From Candidatus Amesbacteria bacterium RIFCSPLOWO2_01_FULL_49_25 (GTDB lineage Bacteria > Patescibacteriota > Microgenomatia > CAZETR01 > Amesbacteraceae), in contig MEXP01000020.1 in NCBI GenBank assembly GCA_001773725.1, positions 19,526-83,525 of the forward strand: a stretch of DNA of 64,000 nucleotides. Direction: 5' to 3'. A program made the translations under genes and the position numbers. Below are positions 29,942 to 39,424 of this stretch, piece after piece (the stretch's first letter is position 1; every line of letters begins with the position of its first letter). The notes under the pieces were generated by a model that was not told the DNA's origin, made no database searches, and saw nothing but the letters and a program-made list of their open reading frames with translations.

Positions 29942-30635
29942 TTTAAAAAAAGACATCCGCCGTCTAGCCAACCCCGCCAAGGCAAAAATTTTATCTCGGT
30001 TTTTCAAAACTGGCCCGGGGGAATACGGCGAAGGGGATATTTTCCTGGGTTTAATGGTCCCCCAGTCACGAACCATCTCTCGCAAGTACAAAGATTTACC
30101 CCTTTCAGATATCCAATTACTTCTTAACTCAAAAATCCACGAAGAGCGCACCATCGCTTTGGCAATCTTGGTCAACCGTTTTGCCAAATCAGGCGTCCAA
30201 GACCGCAAAAATATTTATGGCTTTTACCTGGCAAATACCAAAAACATCAACAATTGGGACCTGGTTGATATCTCCGCCCCGAATATCGTTGGTGAATACC
30301 TTTTAGATAAACCATTAAATATTTTATTCAAACTGGCTAAATCAAAATCTCTTTGGGAACGCCGCATCGCCATTCTGTCCACATTCGCATTTATTTACAA
30401 AGGCGATCCCAAGCCAACACTCAAAATCGCCGAAATGCTATTACACGACAAAGAAGATTTGATCCACAAAGCCGTCGGCTGGCTTCTCAGAGAAGTCGGC
30501 AAACGCTGCAGTCAGAAAGTTCTCACCAATTTCTTAGACTCTCATCTTGGGCTGTTACCCCGCACTACGCTCCGCTACGCCATCGAGAGATTTCCCCCTA
30601 AACTTCGATTAAAATACCTTAAAAGTAAGTCGTGA
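29931..30635 (+). CDS. DNA alkylation repair protein (AlkD/AlkC HEAT-like repeat glycosylase family)
   Basis: PF08713-like: ...NNWDLVD...HKAVGWLLREVGK. Confidence 0.65.
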   Translation: MLSDLKKDIRRLANPAKAKILSRFFKTGPGEYGEGDIFLGLMVPQSRTISRKYKDLPLSDIQLLLNSKIHEERTIALAILVNRFAKSGVQDRKNIYGFYLANTKNINNWDLVDISAPNIVGEYLLDKPLNILFKLAKSKSLWERRIAILSTFAFIYKGDPKPTLKIAEMLLHDKEDLIHKAVGWLLREVGKRCSQKVLTNFLDSHLGLLPRTTLRYAIERFPPKLRLKYLKSKS

Positions 30636-31150
30636 ATCTTGATTTAACCAAATTTAAAGTGAGCCCTTTTGTCTTGATCTTTCTCAAAGATGGTGACAAA
30701 GTTTTGTTTTTGAAACGGTCCACCACTAAACAGATTTTCCCTGGAAAAATTTCCGGCATTGGAGGCAAGGTAGAACCAGGTGAGACGATAGAAGAATCAG
30801 CCCGTAGAGAATTTCAAGAAGAAACAGGGCTTTCTATAAAGGAATTACGGTATAAGGGCGTTTTTACAGGTGTTGTGCTGGACAAAGGTTTTATCAACGT
30901 CAACCATATTTTCTTGGCAATTGGTTATTCCGGAGAACTTAAAACAACTTCCGATGAGGGGGTGCTGTTTTGGGAAGACCCAGAAAAAGTTGCCCGAAAT
31001 CCCGACCTGGTCAACCATGTCCAACACCACTTATTAATCGACGTCGACGAAAACTCCGATCTATATTGTGGAGTAGGTGTAGTAGATAACTGGGAACTTA
31101 TTCAATATACCGATAATCGTCAGCACTTTCAGGATAGAAAGAACAAATGA
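30632..31150 (+). CDS. Nudix hydrolase
   Basis: Nudix box GGKVEPGETIEESARREFQEETGL. Confidence 0.85.
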   Translation: MNLDLTKFKVSPFVLIFLKDGDKVLFLKRSTTKQIFPGKISGIGGKVEPGETIEESARREFQEETGLSIKELRYKGVFTGVVLDKGFINVNHIFLAIGYSGELKTTSDEGVLFWEDPEKVARNPDLVNHVQHHLLIDVDENSDLYCGVGVVDNWELIQYTDNRQHFQDRKNK

Positions 31151-32073
31151 ATCACCCGTTTTTGTATCTGGAATTTTATGGTTCCCACGCCGAACTGGGT
31201 CATTTTTTAGGCCAAACGTTTCGCTCAGAAATTAGCCGGCGGGTCAAAAAACTTAAAATCCTCCCCGTGGATCCCTATATCCAAGCCGCCCAAAAAGCCT
31301 TTCCTGAAATATTGGTCGAGGCCCAAAGCATGGCCCAGGCCGCCAGAGTTTCATTTGCGGACTTTTTTCTTCTTAACTGCTCCGAATTAAGTCATTGCAC
31401 CACCGTTTTTACTCACCTGGACAATCAGCCGGTTGTCGCCCACAACGAAGATTCAGGTAGCGACGGCGAAACCTCAGACGATTTATACATCCTCAAAGCC
31501 AAAATAGGGAACACAACTATTCTTGGGTTGCACTACAAACACCAGCTTATTGGCACGTCGGTGAGTATCAACAATTGGGGCCTTGTTCAGTGTATTGATA
31601 ATCTCCATCCCCACTCCCAAATCGGTGTTCCCCGTAATTTTGTCGCTCGGGCCGTTTTAGAATGCCGCTCACTTGCCCAAGCCAAACAACTACTATCCCA
31701 AACTCCCCATGCTTCCGGTTATAACCACTTCCTGATCCAAGACGACGAACTGTTAAACATTGCCGTCTCCCCTCAATATCAGGAAGTTGAGCAATCATCC
31801 GGTAATCATTTCGTCCACACCAACCACTTTCTTACCCCCCGAGGCCTTGCCCAGGAAATTTATCAATCTCAGGAATCTATAGACCGATATCAAAAAGCCT
31901 CTCGCCTCGCCAAGGACCACATGACCCAAGTTGAGACATTGGCATTACTAACCGTCTGCCAAGACTCCACCCTCGCCCGCGCCCTCCTCTTTCCGACCCA
32001 AGGTAAAATTCTCATCCAAAATCCCTCCTCTCCCGACCCAACCTTCACCCCATACTTTCTCGAGTTAGGCTAA
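31147..32073 (+). CDS. C45-family peptidase / acyl-CoA:6-APA acyltransferase-like Ntn hydrolase
   Basis: CTTVF Ntn-Cys motif and AHNED segment; 308 aa. Confidence 0.55.
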   Translation: MNHPFLYLEFYGSHAELGHFLGQTFRSEISRRVKKLKILPVDPYIQAAQKAFPEILVEAQSMAQAARVSFADFFLLNCSELSHCTTVFTHLDNQPVVAHNEDSGSDGETSDDLYILKAKIGNTTILGLHYKHQLIGTSVSINNWGLVQCIDNLHPHSQIGVPRNFVARAVLECRSLAQAKQLLSQTPHASGYNHFLIQDDELLNIAVSPQYQEVEQSSGNHFVHTNHFLTPRGLAQEIYQSQESIDRYQKASRLAKDHMTQVETLALLTVCQDSTLARALLFPTQGKILIQNPSSPDPTFTPYFLELG

Positions 32074-32091
32074 AATATCCGAAAGCCAAAT

Positions 32092-32583
32092 ATGAATTTT
32101 GAAATAAATGAGTTAAAAGACAAGGCAACAGCAATTGAGGTCGGAGATTTCTTAACAGGCCCTAATGCTTTCGAACAAACCTGGGCTCCAAACGAAAAAG
32201 ACATGGTTAAGCAGGCATCTCTTGATAGTTTGAGAAATAAAAATCACAAGTATTGGTATGTCGAAGATAGGGGAAAAATTATTGGGGCAATCGGTGTCAG
32301 GGAAAATAAATACGGCAGCGGAGGGTACGAAATGGACTCTGACTATATTGCGGTCCACAAAAACTATCGTAATCAAGGAATTGCATCAGAGTTACTTCGC
32401 AAAATGGAAGAACTTGTTAAAGAAAGGGGAGGGCGATATATTCATGTTCTCACCTGCGATATTGATTCATATATCCCCGCGAGAAAGTTTTACGAAAAGA
32501 ATGGTTACAAAAAAGTAAGTGAAATCCCCAATTATTACGTGCCCGGCGAAGGGCGAATTGATTACTTCAAAGAATTAACATGA
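32092..32583 (+). CDS. GNAT-family N-acetyltransferase
   Basis: VHKNYRNQGIASELL acetyl-CoA-binding motif. Confidence 0.8.
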   Translation: MNFEINELKDKATAIEVGDFLTGPNAFEQTWAPNEKDMVKQASLDSLRNKNHKYWYVEDRGKIIGAIGVRENKYGSGGYEMDSDYIAVHKNYRNQGIASELLRKMEELVKERGGRYIHVLTCDIDSYIPARKFYEKNGYKKVSEIPNYYVPGEGRIDYFKELT

Positions 32584-33626
32584 AATACCGGACCCTTGGC
32601 AAAACGGGTTTAAAAGTTTCGGAAGTGGGCATGGGCACGTGGCAGTTAGCCAATGATCCCGGCTGTTGGGTCGGCTCGGACCTAGACGAAAGCCTCAAAG
32701 CACTACACAAATTCGTGGAACTCGGCGGCAATTTTATTGATACCGCCTGGGTATACGGATACTCGAATTCTCAGCCAGACAGGCACCCATCTGAAGAACT
32801 TATCGGCAAATTCCTGAAAGACTCCGGCAGGCGTGATCAATTAGTTATCGCGACCAAAGTTCCCGGCAAAAACATGAAGTGGCCGGCGTTTAAAAACATT
32901 CCCATTTCAAAAGTTTTCCCGAACGACTGGATTGAAAAATGTGTCGATGACTCATTAAGAAGTCTCGGGGTGGATCATCTAGATTTGGTTCAATTTCATG
33001 TCTGGCAAGACGATTTTGTAGACGAAGACGGTTGGAAAAAAACTATCCAAAAAATTATCAAATCCGGCAAAGTCCGCTACTGGGGCATTTCCATAAACGA
33101 CTATCAACCCTCAAATTGTTTCAAAGCCATAGACACCGGTCTGATTTCTACAATTCAATTTATCTTCAACATCTTTCATCAAAAACCCACTGAAAAATTT
33201 CTGCCATATGCTAGAAAAAATAATATCGGCCTCATAGCTCGTGTCCCCCTGGACGAAGGGGGACTAACTGGAACTCTGGCGGTTGACACCAGATTTGCGG
33301 ATGGTGACTTCCGTCGTAACTATTTTTCTCCTGATCGTCTTCCAGAATTAATAGTCCGGACTGACAGATTAAAAAACATTCTCAGATCAGAAGCCAAAAC
33401 CCTGCCGGAATTAGCCCTCCGATATATTTTATCCTGGCCGGAAATATCAACAACCATTCCCGGCATTCGCAAAGTCAAGTACGCCATAGAAAACACTTCC
33501 GTCTCCGATGGCCGTAGATTATCAGACCAGCTCATGTCCGAACTCAAAAATCACACCTGGGAACGAAACTTTTATGACGACTGCTACGACCCGTGGCTCA
33601 AAAACTCTAATTTTGTGGAACCCTGA
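32580..33626 (+). CDS. aldo/keto reductase
   Basis: MKYRTLGKTGLKVSEVGMGTW...; AKR (alpha/beta)8 signature. Confidence 0.85.
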   Translation: MKYRTLGKTGLKVSEVGMGTWQLANDPGCWVGSDLDESLKALHKFVELGGNFIDTAWVYGYSNSQPDRHPSEELIGKFLKDSGRRDQLVIATKVPGKNMKWPAFKNIPISKVFPNDWIEKCVDDSLRSLGVDHLDLVQFHVWQDDFVDEDGWKKTIQKIIKSGKVRYWGISINDYQPSNCFKAIDTGLISTIQFIFNIFHQKPTEKFLPYARKNNIGLIARVPLDEGGLTGTLAVDTRFADGDFRRNYFSPDRLPELIVRTDRLKNILRSEAKTLPELALRYILSWPEISTTIPGIRKVKYAIENTSVSDGRRLSDQLMSELKNHTWERNFYDDCYDPWLKNSNFVEP

Positions 33627-33695
33627 TTAAATTAATATCTTCCACAGCCAGCCATGCCGCGGCAAGACCAACCTCGGATTATTAGCCTGTCCTTG
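33627..33695 (-). pseudogene. degraded duplicate of the ASCH-gene 3' end (left copy of the direct repeat)
   Basis: The minus-strand translation ...SEVGLAAAWLAVEDINLIRVPQN* parallels the intact ASCH C-terminus ...SGFGSATAWLVVEDINKVKII*, but it is preceded by an in-frame stop. Confidence 0.4.
33631..33689. repeat. direct repeat copy A (ATTAATATCTTCCACAGCCAGCCATGCCGCGGCAAGACCAACCTCGG...)
   Basis: The first 16 nt are identical to copy B at 35160; about 70-75% identity over ~58 nt. Confidence 0.6.
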
Positions 33696-33727
33696 CCCGA
33701 CCTCTCCGTGAATGCCATAATCGAAAC

Positions 33728-35140
33728 ATGTTGGAAAAGTATTTTCGTAAGATTCTCTTCAGGCGGTTCTTAAAAATAGATCTAAATGCAGTAGAACTTG
33801 CTGCAGCCGAAGATTCCCTTAAGAATAAATATTCCAAAGGATTATTGGAAAGTTTAATTTACGGCTTGATATCTATTCCCGCACTACTCTTTCTGGACAC
33901 CAGCATATTAGTGAGCGTGCTTATCCCTATTACCATGGTTTCGGGAACTGCCTGGTTTGCTGTTTCACTATCCAATATCAAGATGAAATTTGAGCCCTTT
34001 GGCAACGAATTAACAGTTGATCTCTATCGATCCTTTATGACCTCACTCGTGTTTCTTTCTCTCATGACTGTTGTAGCTCTTAATCCCAACTTATTCTTGC
34101 CCATATCCGCATGGGGTAAACAGTTTGCAGTTATTCCAATGATTTCGGGAATCTTCGGAACTCTAATAGTTCTTAAGATGATATACGACGTTTTTTCAGG
34201 GGCAACAAAGTACGATATGAACGATTCTATGTTGACGGGACAGCACGAAGCCGCCGAAAAATTTTACAAAAGATCACTCTCTCTTCTCAATTCTTGTGGC
34301 AGTCAACTCAAGACCGGGATATCTGCCGGAGCCACAGGCTATTTTGTCGGGCTAGCCTTTTACGAGGTCTTTAACTACATACTTTTATCAAAGGGCGACC
34401 ATCCAGAGGTACGTGAAATAATTTTCGAGATAGGGAAACTCAAATCAAAACCACCATCTACCGTAAAAGAAATAAAGACAATATGCGTCAGTTTTATTGA
34501 GAAGTTTCTCTCTTACGTTACAAATATTGCCGACGGTAGTACTCAAAAAAGCTATAAAAATATCCAATTAGAACTCTCCTCAATAAGAGAAAATCCCAAT
34601 GAAAACCAAGAAGTCCTAAATCTCAGACTAGCCACGATTCTAGAGGAAATGGAAGATATGTTGACGGGACAGGGAGAAGCCCTATTTACAAAGCGTCTCG
34701 AAATTGAAAAGAAATTTTTAGTCAAAACATTACCGGACTTGGAAAGTTTAGAGAAAACCGACATCCTGCAAGGCTACTTAGCCTCTCCAGCAGGGGACGA
34801 GCTAAGGATTAGAAAAATGGGATCAAATTATTTAAGAACCCACAAAAGGTCATATCCATCCGGATACCGAGAGGAGATAGAAGAGTTTATTCCCCATGAA
34901 GAATTCGACAATTTATGGCCACAAACCCAAGGGAAAAGAATAGAGAAAACCCGATACAAAATTCCTTACAGGGAATTAATTATTGAACTGGATGTTTTTT
35001 CAGGCCATCATAAAGGACTCGCCTTAGCCGAAGTGGAGTTTCATTCCGAGCAAGAGGCTGACTCATTCTCACCCCCAGAGTGGTTTGGCAAAGAAGTAAC
35101 TCTAGACCCCAAATATAAAAACGCAAACCTGGCAAACTAG
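33728..35140 (+). CDS. membrane-anchored CYTH-domain protein (triphosphate tunnel metalloenzyme/CyaB-like C-terminal domain, ~300-aa polytopic N-terminal domain)
   Basis: N-terminal multi-TM region. The C-terminal EIEKKFLV...ELRIRK...EIEEFI...RYKIPYRELIIELDVF...GLALAEVEF matches the CYTH EXEXK beta-barrel signature. Confidence 0.65.
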   Translation: MLEKYFRKILFRRFLKIDLNAVELAAAEDSLKNKYSKGLLESLIYGLISIPALLFLDTSILVSVLIPITMVSGTAWFAVSLSNIKMKFEPFGNELTVDLYRSFMTSLVFLSLMTVVALNPNLFLPISAWGKQFAVIPMISGIFGTLIVLKMIYDVFSGATKYDMNDSMLTGQHEAAEKFYKRSLSLLNSCGSQLKTGISAGATGYFVGLAFYEVFNYILLSKGDHPEVREIIFEIGKLKSKPPSTVKEIKTICVSFIEKFLSYVTNIADGSTQKSYKNIQLELSSIRENPNENQEVLNLRLATILEEMEDMLTGQGEALFTKRLEIEKKFLVKTLPDLESLEKTDILQGYLASPAGDELRIRKMGSNYLRTHKRSYPSGYREEIEEFIPHEEFDNLWPQTQGKRIEKTRYKIPYRELIIELDVFSGHHKGLALAEVEFHSEQEADSFSPPEWFGKEVTLDPKYKNANLAN

Positions 35141-35141
35141 C

Positions 35142-35525
35142 TTAGATAATCTTGACCTTATTAATATCTTCCACAACCAACCACGCAGTGGCGGAGCCGA
35201 AACCTGATTTGTTAATTTTAAAGGGCGCGATTCTTCTTGGGTTCTTCATCCATATTAAAACGCAATAATTTTTACCTTTAGCCCATTCCCCCGACCCAAA
35301 CAGCCCGATTGCCTTCTTCATATCCGTCGTTTCCATCACTTTTTCAGCCTCGGCCATCGCCGTGATTGGTTTTCCAGCATCTTTAAAATATTTTTTCTCT
35401 CCGACTTTTATTTTATCCCACGGCGCAGATTTATTTTTTAACCACCTTGACTCAATTTTCTTTTGCCCATTCAAAATTTTCTCAATTAAGTTAAGTTTTG
35501 GGTTCACAACAGCGATATGGTCCAT
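35142..35525 (-). CDS. ASCH-domain (PUA-like) protein
   Basis: MDHIAVVNPKLNLIEKILNGQKKIESRWLK... The start is trimmed to the MDHIAV Met. Confidence 0.55.
   Translation of the reverse strand: MDHIAVVNPKLNLIEKILNGQKKIESRWLKNKSAPWDKIKVGEKKYFKDAGKPITAMAEAEKVMETTDMKKAIGLFGSGEWAKGKNYCVLIWMKNPRRIAPFKINKSGFGSATAWLVVEDINKVKII
35160..35218. repeat. direct repeat copy B (ATTAATATCTTCCACAACCAACCACGCAGTGGCGGAGCCGAAACCTG...); encodes the ASCH C-terminus
   Basis: Matches copy A 1,529 nt upstream. Confidence 0.6.
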
Positions 35526-35586
35526 AGCAAGCGCAGCGCAGATATATGAAAGGATCCACAAGCGTTAGCGAGTGGTAGGTATCCTT

Positions 35587-36141
35587 TCATATTGTCACTT
35601 TATCTCTTAATGCCGTTGTCACAAACACACTCCGGTGATACCTGCTCATACCGTGTTCCTTAATTGCCTGGATATGATATTTGGTGCCGTAACCCACGTT
35701 GGACTTCCATCCGTATTTTGGGAACTCTTTATGTAGGCGGGTCATTAATCTATCCCTCTCTACCTTTGCTACTATCGACGCAGCCATCACGCACTTTATT
35801 TTTCCATCCGCTTTTATCAGGCTTTTGGCATTTCTAATCTTCAAACTCCCGTCGACGATATACCTGTCCGCCTCGATTCGATTAATAAGATTTTTAAATA
35901 TCTGTTTGTTTGCCCACGCCATTCCCCGGTTATTAATCTGTCTTGCGGAAATAGATTCGACAGCGAACTCCATTTTCGCCCGTTTCATCCGGTTATAAAG
36001 TTTCCGCCTCTGTTTTGGTGTTAATTTCTTGCTGTCCTTCAAAGACAAATTGTGTTTATTTAACACAACTGCCGCGGCCACCAGCGGTCCCGCAAGACAA
36101 CCGCGTCCAACCTCATCCAATCCGCATATCCGCATAGACAA
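35587..36141 (-). CDS. rnhB: ribonuclease HII
   Basis: ICGLDEVGRGCLAGPLVAAAVVL...DSK motifs. Confidence 0.9.
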   Translation of the reverse strand: MSMRICGLDEVGRGCLAGPLVAAAVVLNKHNLSLKDSKKLTPKQRRKLYNRMKRAKMEFAVESISARQINNRGMAWANKQIFKNLINRIEADRYIVDGSLKIRNAKSLIKADGKIKCVMAASIVAKVERDRLMTRLHKEFPKYGWKSNVGYGTKYHIQAIKEHGMSRYHRSVFVTTALRDKVTI

Positions 36142-36214
36142 ATTTTACCCTACTTCTTTTATTCCCCCTCTCCTGAATTTAGGAGAGGGGTTAGGGGTGA
36201 GGTATTATTGGGAC

Positions 36215-39058
36215 ATGTCCGAAGCCAAAAAACTCAACAAACAACAGCTCGAGACCGTGACCCACAAATCCGGACCGCTTTTGATCATCGCCGGCGCTGG
36301 AACCGGCAAAACCACGGCCATTACCGAGCGAGTCAAGTGGTTAATTTCCCAGGGCCTTGCTCTAACCTCAGAAATTCTCTGTCTGACCTTCACCGAAAAA
36401 GCCGCTTTGGAGATGGAGGAGCGCGTCGACTCCGCCCTGCCCTACGGCTACACTCAGATGTGGATCAGCACCTTCCACTCTTTCTGTGATCAAATCCTGC
36501 GTGCCGAAGGCTTAAACATTGGCCTGGACACAAGCTACAAGTTATTAACCGGGGCAGACGCGATTTCTCTGCTTAAAAATCATCTTTTTGATTTTCAACT
36601 CGATTATTATCGCCCCTTGGGTAATCCCACAAAATTTCTATCTGCCATTCTCCAGCATTTCAGCCGACTGGCAGACGAAGACATCAATCCCTCCCAATAT
36701 TTATCCTGGTCAAAAAATCAAGACCCGAACTATCAAGAACTAGCTCGGCTTTATTTCGATTATTCCGACCTGAAAGTCAAAGAAGGTGCATTGGACTTTT
36801 CTGATTTAATTTCATATTCTCTCAAACTCTTCCGCGACCGCCCCAACGTTCTTCAGCTTTATCAACAAAAATTTAAATATGTTTTAGTAGACGAATTTCA
36901 AGATACCAATTACGCCCAAAACCAGCTCATCAACCTTCTGGCGGCTCCCAACGCCAACCTCACGGTTGTTGCGGACGACGACCAGGCCATCTATCGCTGG
37001 CGCGGCGCGGCGGTTTCTAATGTTATCCAATTTAGACAGACTTACCCCAACGCCAAATTAATTACCCTCACCCAAAACTATCGCTCAACCCAGGAGATTC
37101 TAGATAGGGCATACACTCTGATCCAAAACAACAACCCCGATCGTCTCGAAATAAAAGAAAGGATTGATAAGAAACTAATATCTGTTCGCAAAATCAAAGG
37201 CGATAAAATCGAACTTCTTCACTCCGACCGCGTTGAAAACGAAGCCGAACTCGTCGCGAAGCGAATTAATGAGCAAGTCCTGAGCGAAGTCGAAGGACCA
37301 AAAAACAAAATAACTTTCAAAGACATCGCCATTCTTGTCCGCGCCAACGCCCACGCCGAACCTTTCATCCGGGCCCTTTCCCGTCATGGCGTTCCCCATC
37401 AGTTTTTAGGCCCCGGCCGTCTTTTTCATCAGCCCGAAATCAAAGACCTGATTGCCTATCTCAAGATTCTTTACAACTTCGAGGATAACGCCTCTTTTTA
37501 TCGCGTCTTGGCCATGGATTTTTTTTCTGTTCCCCCCCGCGATTTGGCCGTTATCACCAATCTTGCCAGAAAACAAGATTTGTCATTATTCACAGCCTGC
37601 GAGCAATCCGAACTTACCTCAGTTAAGCCGCTTGTTGAGTTAATCAACCGCCACTTACATCTTGTTCCCAAAGAAACCGCCGGCCAGATTCTTTACGATT
37701 TTTTGGAAAAATCCGGGCTTCTTAAAGCCATTCTCGATTACAAGGCTCCTATCGACGAAATCAAAGCCCAAAACATCATGAAGTTTTTTAATAAATTAAA
37801 GTCCTTCGAAACCCAGAATTCCGATGCTTCAGTCCGCTCCGTCGTCGACTGGCTCAATCTCTCCTCGGATATAGGCGAATCTCCCTTGTCCGCTGAAATC
37901 GATTGGGGTCAAAACGACGCTGTCAATATTTTAACGGTTCATTCCGCCAAGGGCCTGGAATTCCCAGTTGTCTTTTTGATTAATCTGGTCGTCGACCGTT
38001 TTCCTTCTCGTTCCCGCTCCGAACCCATTCCCGTCCCCGATGCGCTCATAAAGGAAATTCTGCCGGAAGGAGACTTTCACTTGCAGGAAGAACGCCGTCT
38101 CTTTTACGTCGGCCTCACTCGGGCCAAAGATAAATTATTCTTAACCGCTTCGGATTTCTACGGCGAGGGCAAACGCACCAAAAAGCTCTCCCCATTCATC
38201 ACCGAGACTCTCGGCGACCAAATTCTTACACTCTCCAGCTCTCCCGCTCTCCAGCTCTCGATTCTTGACTGGCAAAAGTCAGAAGTAATAACTCCTAAAA
38301 GCTCTAAGATGTCAGCTATAAGCTATTTAAGTTATTCTCAAATCCAGACATTTCTCGACTGCCCCTTACACTACAAAGCCAAATATATTTTGAAAATCCC
38401 CACCCCCCCTTCAGCCGCTTCCTCTTTCGGCAACACTATCCATGCCACCCTTAAAGATTTTTATTTATCCCTCCGCAGCTCGCAGGGCGAAGGGGAACAA
38501 TCCAACATCATCGATCTCCTTAAAAAGAATTGGTCTTCAGAAGGATATTTAAACAAAAAACACGAGCAGGAATATTTCAAAAAAGGCGAGCGTTATCTAA
38601 CCGAGTATCTCAAAAATAATTTCGACCCCAAACGTCTTCCCATCAAACTCGAAGAGCCATTCACAGTCCCTCTTTCGCCAAATCTTAAAATCGGCGGCAA
38701 AATAGATCGTGTCGATTTACTGCCCGACGGCAAAATTGAAATCATTGACTACAAAACCAGTACCACCGTCCCTACCCAAAAGGACGTCGATAAAGATCTC
38801 CAACTTTCTTTCTATGCTCTCGTGGCCACACTCCTACGCGAACCCGCCTTTAATCGTCGCCCAGCGGACGTCATTCTCAGCCTTTACTTTTTTGACCAGC
38901 AAAAGAAAGTTTCCACCGCCCGCACTATCGCCCAACTGGAAGAAGCCAAGCAGCAAATCTTTTCCTACGCCGACCAGATCTCAAAATCAGATTTTCATTG
39001 TTCCGGTTCACAGCTTTGTCGAATTTGTGACTTTAAAATCCTCTGTGACGTGTCATAA
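36215..39058 (+). CDS. UvrD-family helicase fused to a C-terminal RecB/AddB-type PD-(D/E)XK nuclease with a 4-Cys cluster
   Basis: AGAGTGKT Walker A, DEFQDTN, the full UvrD motif set, and a C-terminal ...DYKT...CSGSQLCRICDFKILC. The start is trimmed to MSEAKK at 36215, because the upstream part of the track ORF overlaps rnhB. Confidence 0.8.
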   Translation: MSEAKKLNKQQLETVTHKSGPLLIIAGAGTGKTTAITERVKWLISQGLALTSEILCLTFTEKAALEMEERVDSALPYGYTQMWISTFHSFCDQILRAEGLNIGLDTSYKLLTGADAISLLKNHLFDFQLDYYRPLGNPTKFLSAILQHFSRLADEDINPSQYLSWSKNQDPNYQELARLYFDYSDLKVKEGALDFSDLISYSLKLFRDRPNVLQLYQQKFKYVLVDEFQDTNYAQNQLINLLAAPNANLTVVADDDQAIYRWRGAAVSNVIQFRQTYPNAKLITLTQNYRSTQEILDRAYTLIQNNNPDRLEIKERIDKKLISVRKIKGDKIELLHSDRVENEAELVAKRINEQVLSEVEGPKNKITFKDIAILVRANAHAEPFIRALSRHGVPHQFLGPGRLFHQPEIKDLIAYLKILYNFEDNASFYRVLAMDFFSVPPRDLAVITNLARKQDLSLFTACEQSELTSVKPLVELINRHLHLVPKETAGQILYDFLEKSGLLKAILDYKAPIDEIKAQNIMKFFNKLKSFETQNSDASVRSVVDWLNLSSDIGESPLSAEIDWGQNDAVNILTVHSAKGLEFPVVFLINLVVDRFPSRSRSEPIPVPDALIKEILPEGDFHLQEERRLFYVGLTRAKDKLFLTASDFYGEGKRTKKLSPFITETLGDQILTLSSSPALQLSILDWQKSEVITPKSSKMSAISYLSYSQIQTFLDCPLHYKAKYILKIPTPPSAASSFGNTIHATLKDFYLSLRSSQGEGEQSNIIDLLKKNWSSEGYLNKKHEQEYFKKGERYLTEYLKNNFDPKRLPIKLEEPFTVPLSPNLKIGGKIDRVDLLPDGKIEIIDYKTSTTVPTQKDVDKDLQLSFYALVATLLREPAFNRRPADVILSLYFFDQQKKVSTARTIAQLEEAKQQIFSYADQISKSDFHCSGSQLCRICDFKILCDVS

Positions 39059-39067
39059 TCAACCCAA

Positions 39068-39424
39068 TTGCAAATGGGTGGAGAAGTTGCACCAGAAAAA
39101 ATTTACCTGAACGAAGAGGAGAAAGGATTACTCACCTCTATTAACATCCAGATTAACGCCAACAATGGCCATTTGCCAAAGGGGGGGATTAGAATTCCCT
39201 TGGAACTGGGGGGTCAACGCATTAGCATCAAGAATATTACTTTATCACTCGGCGATATAGCTTTTGAAGCCGATCTGGATTTTGATAACCAAAAGAAAGA
39301 GTATATTTTTACCCCTTCGCCTGATAATCGCAAAATACCCTCGATACGGCAATTGAGAATGAGAGGCGCCGAACTCGATGAGCGTCTAGCAGAGGCGAAG
39401 TTACGGTTTCGTCGATCTAGTTAA
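39068..39424 (+). CDS. hypothetical protein (118 aa)
   Basis: ORF 9 nt after the helicase-nuclease stop. No recognisable motifs. Confidence 0.35.
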   Translation: MQMGGEVAPEKIYLNEEEKGLLTSINIQINANNGHLPKGGIRIPLELGGQRISIKNITLSLGDIAFEADLDFDNQKKEYIFTPSPDNRKIPSIRQLRMRGAELDERLAEAKLRFRRSS

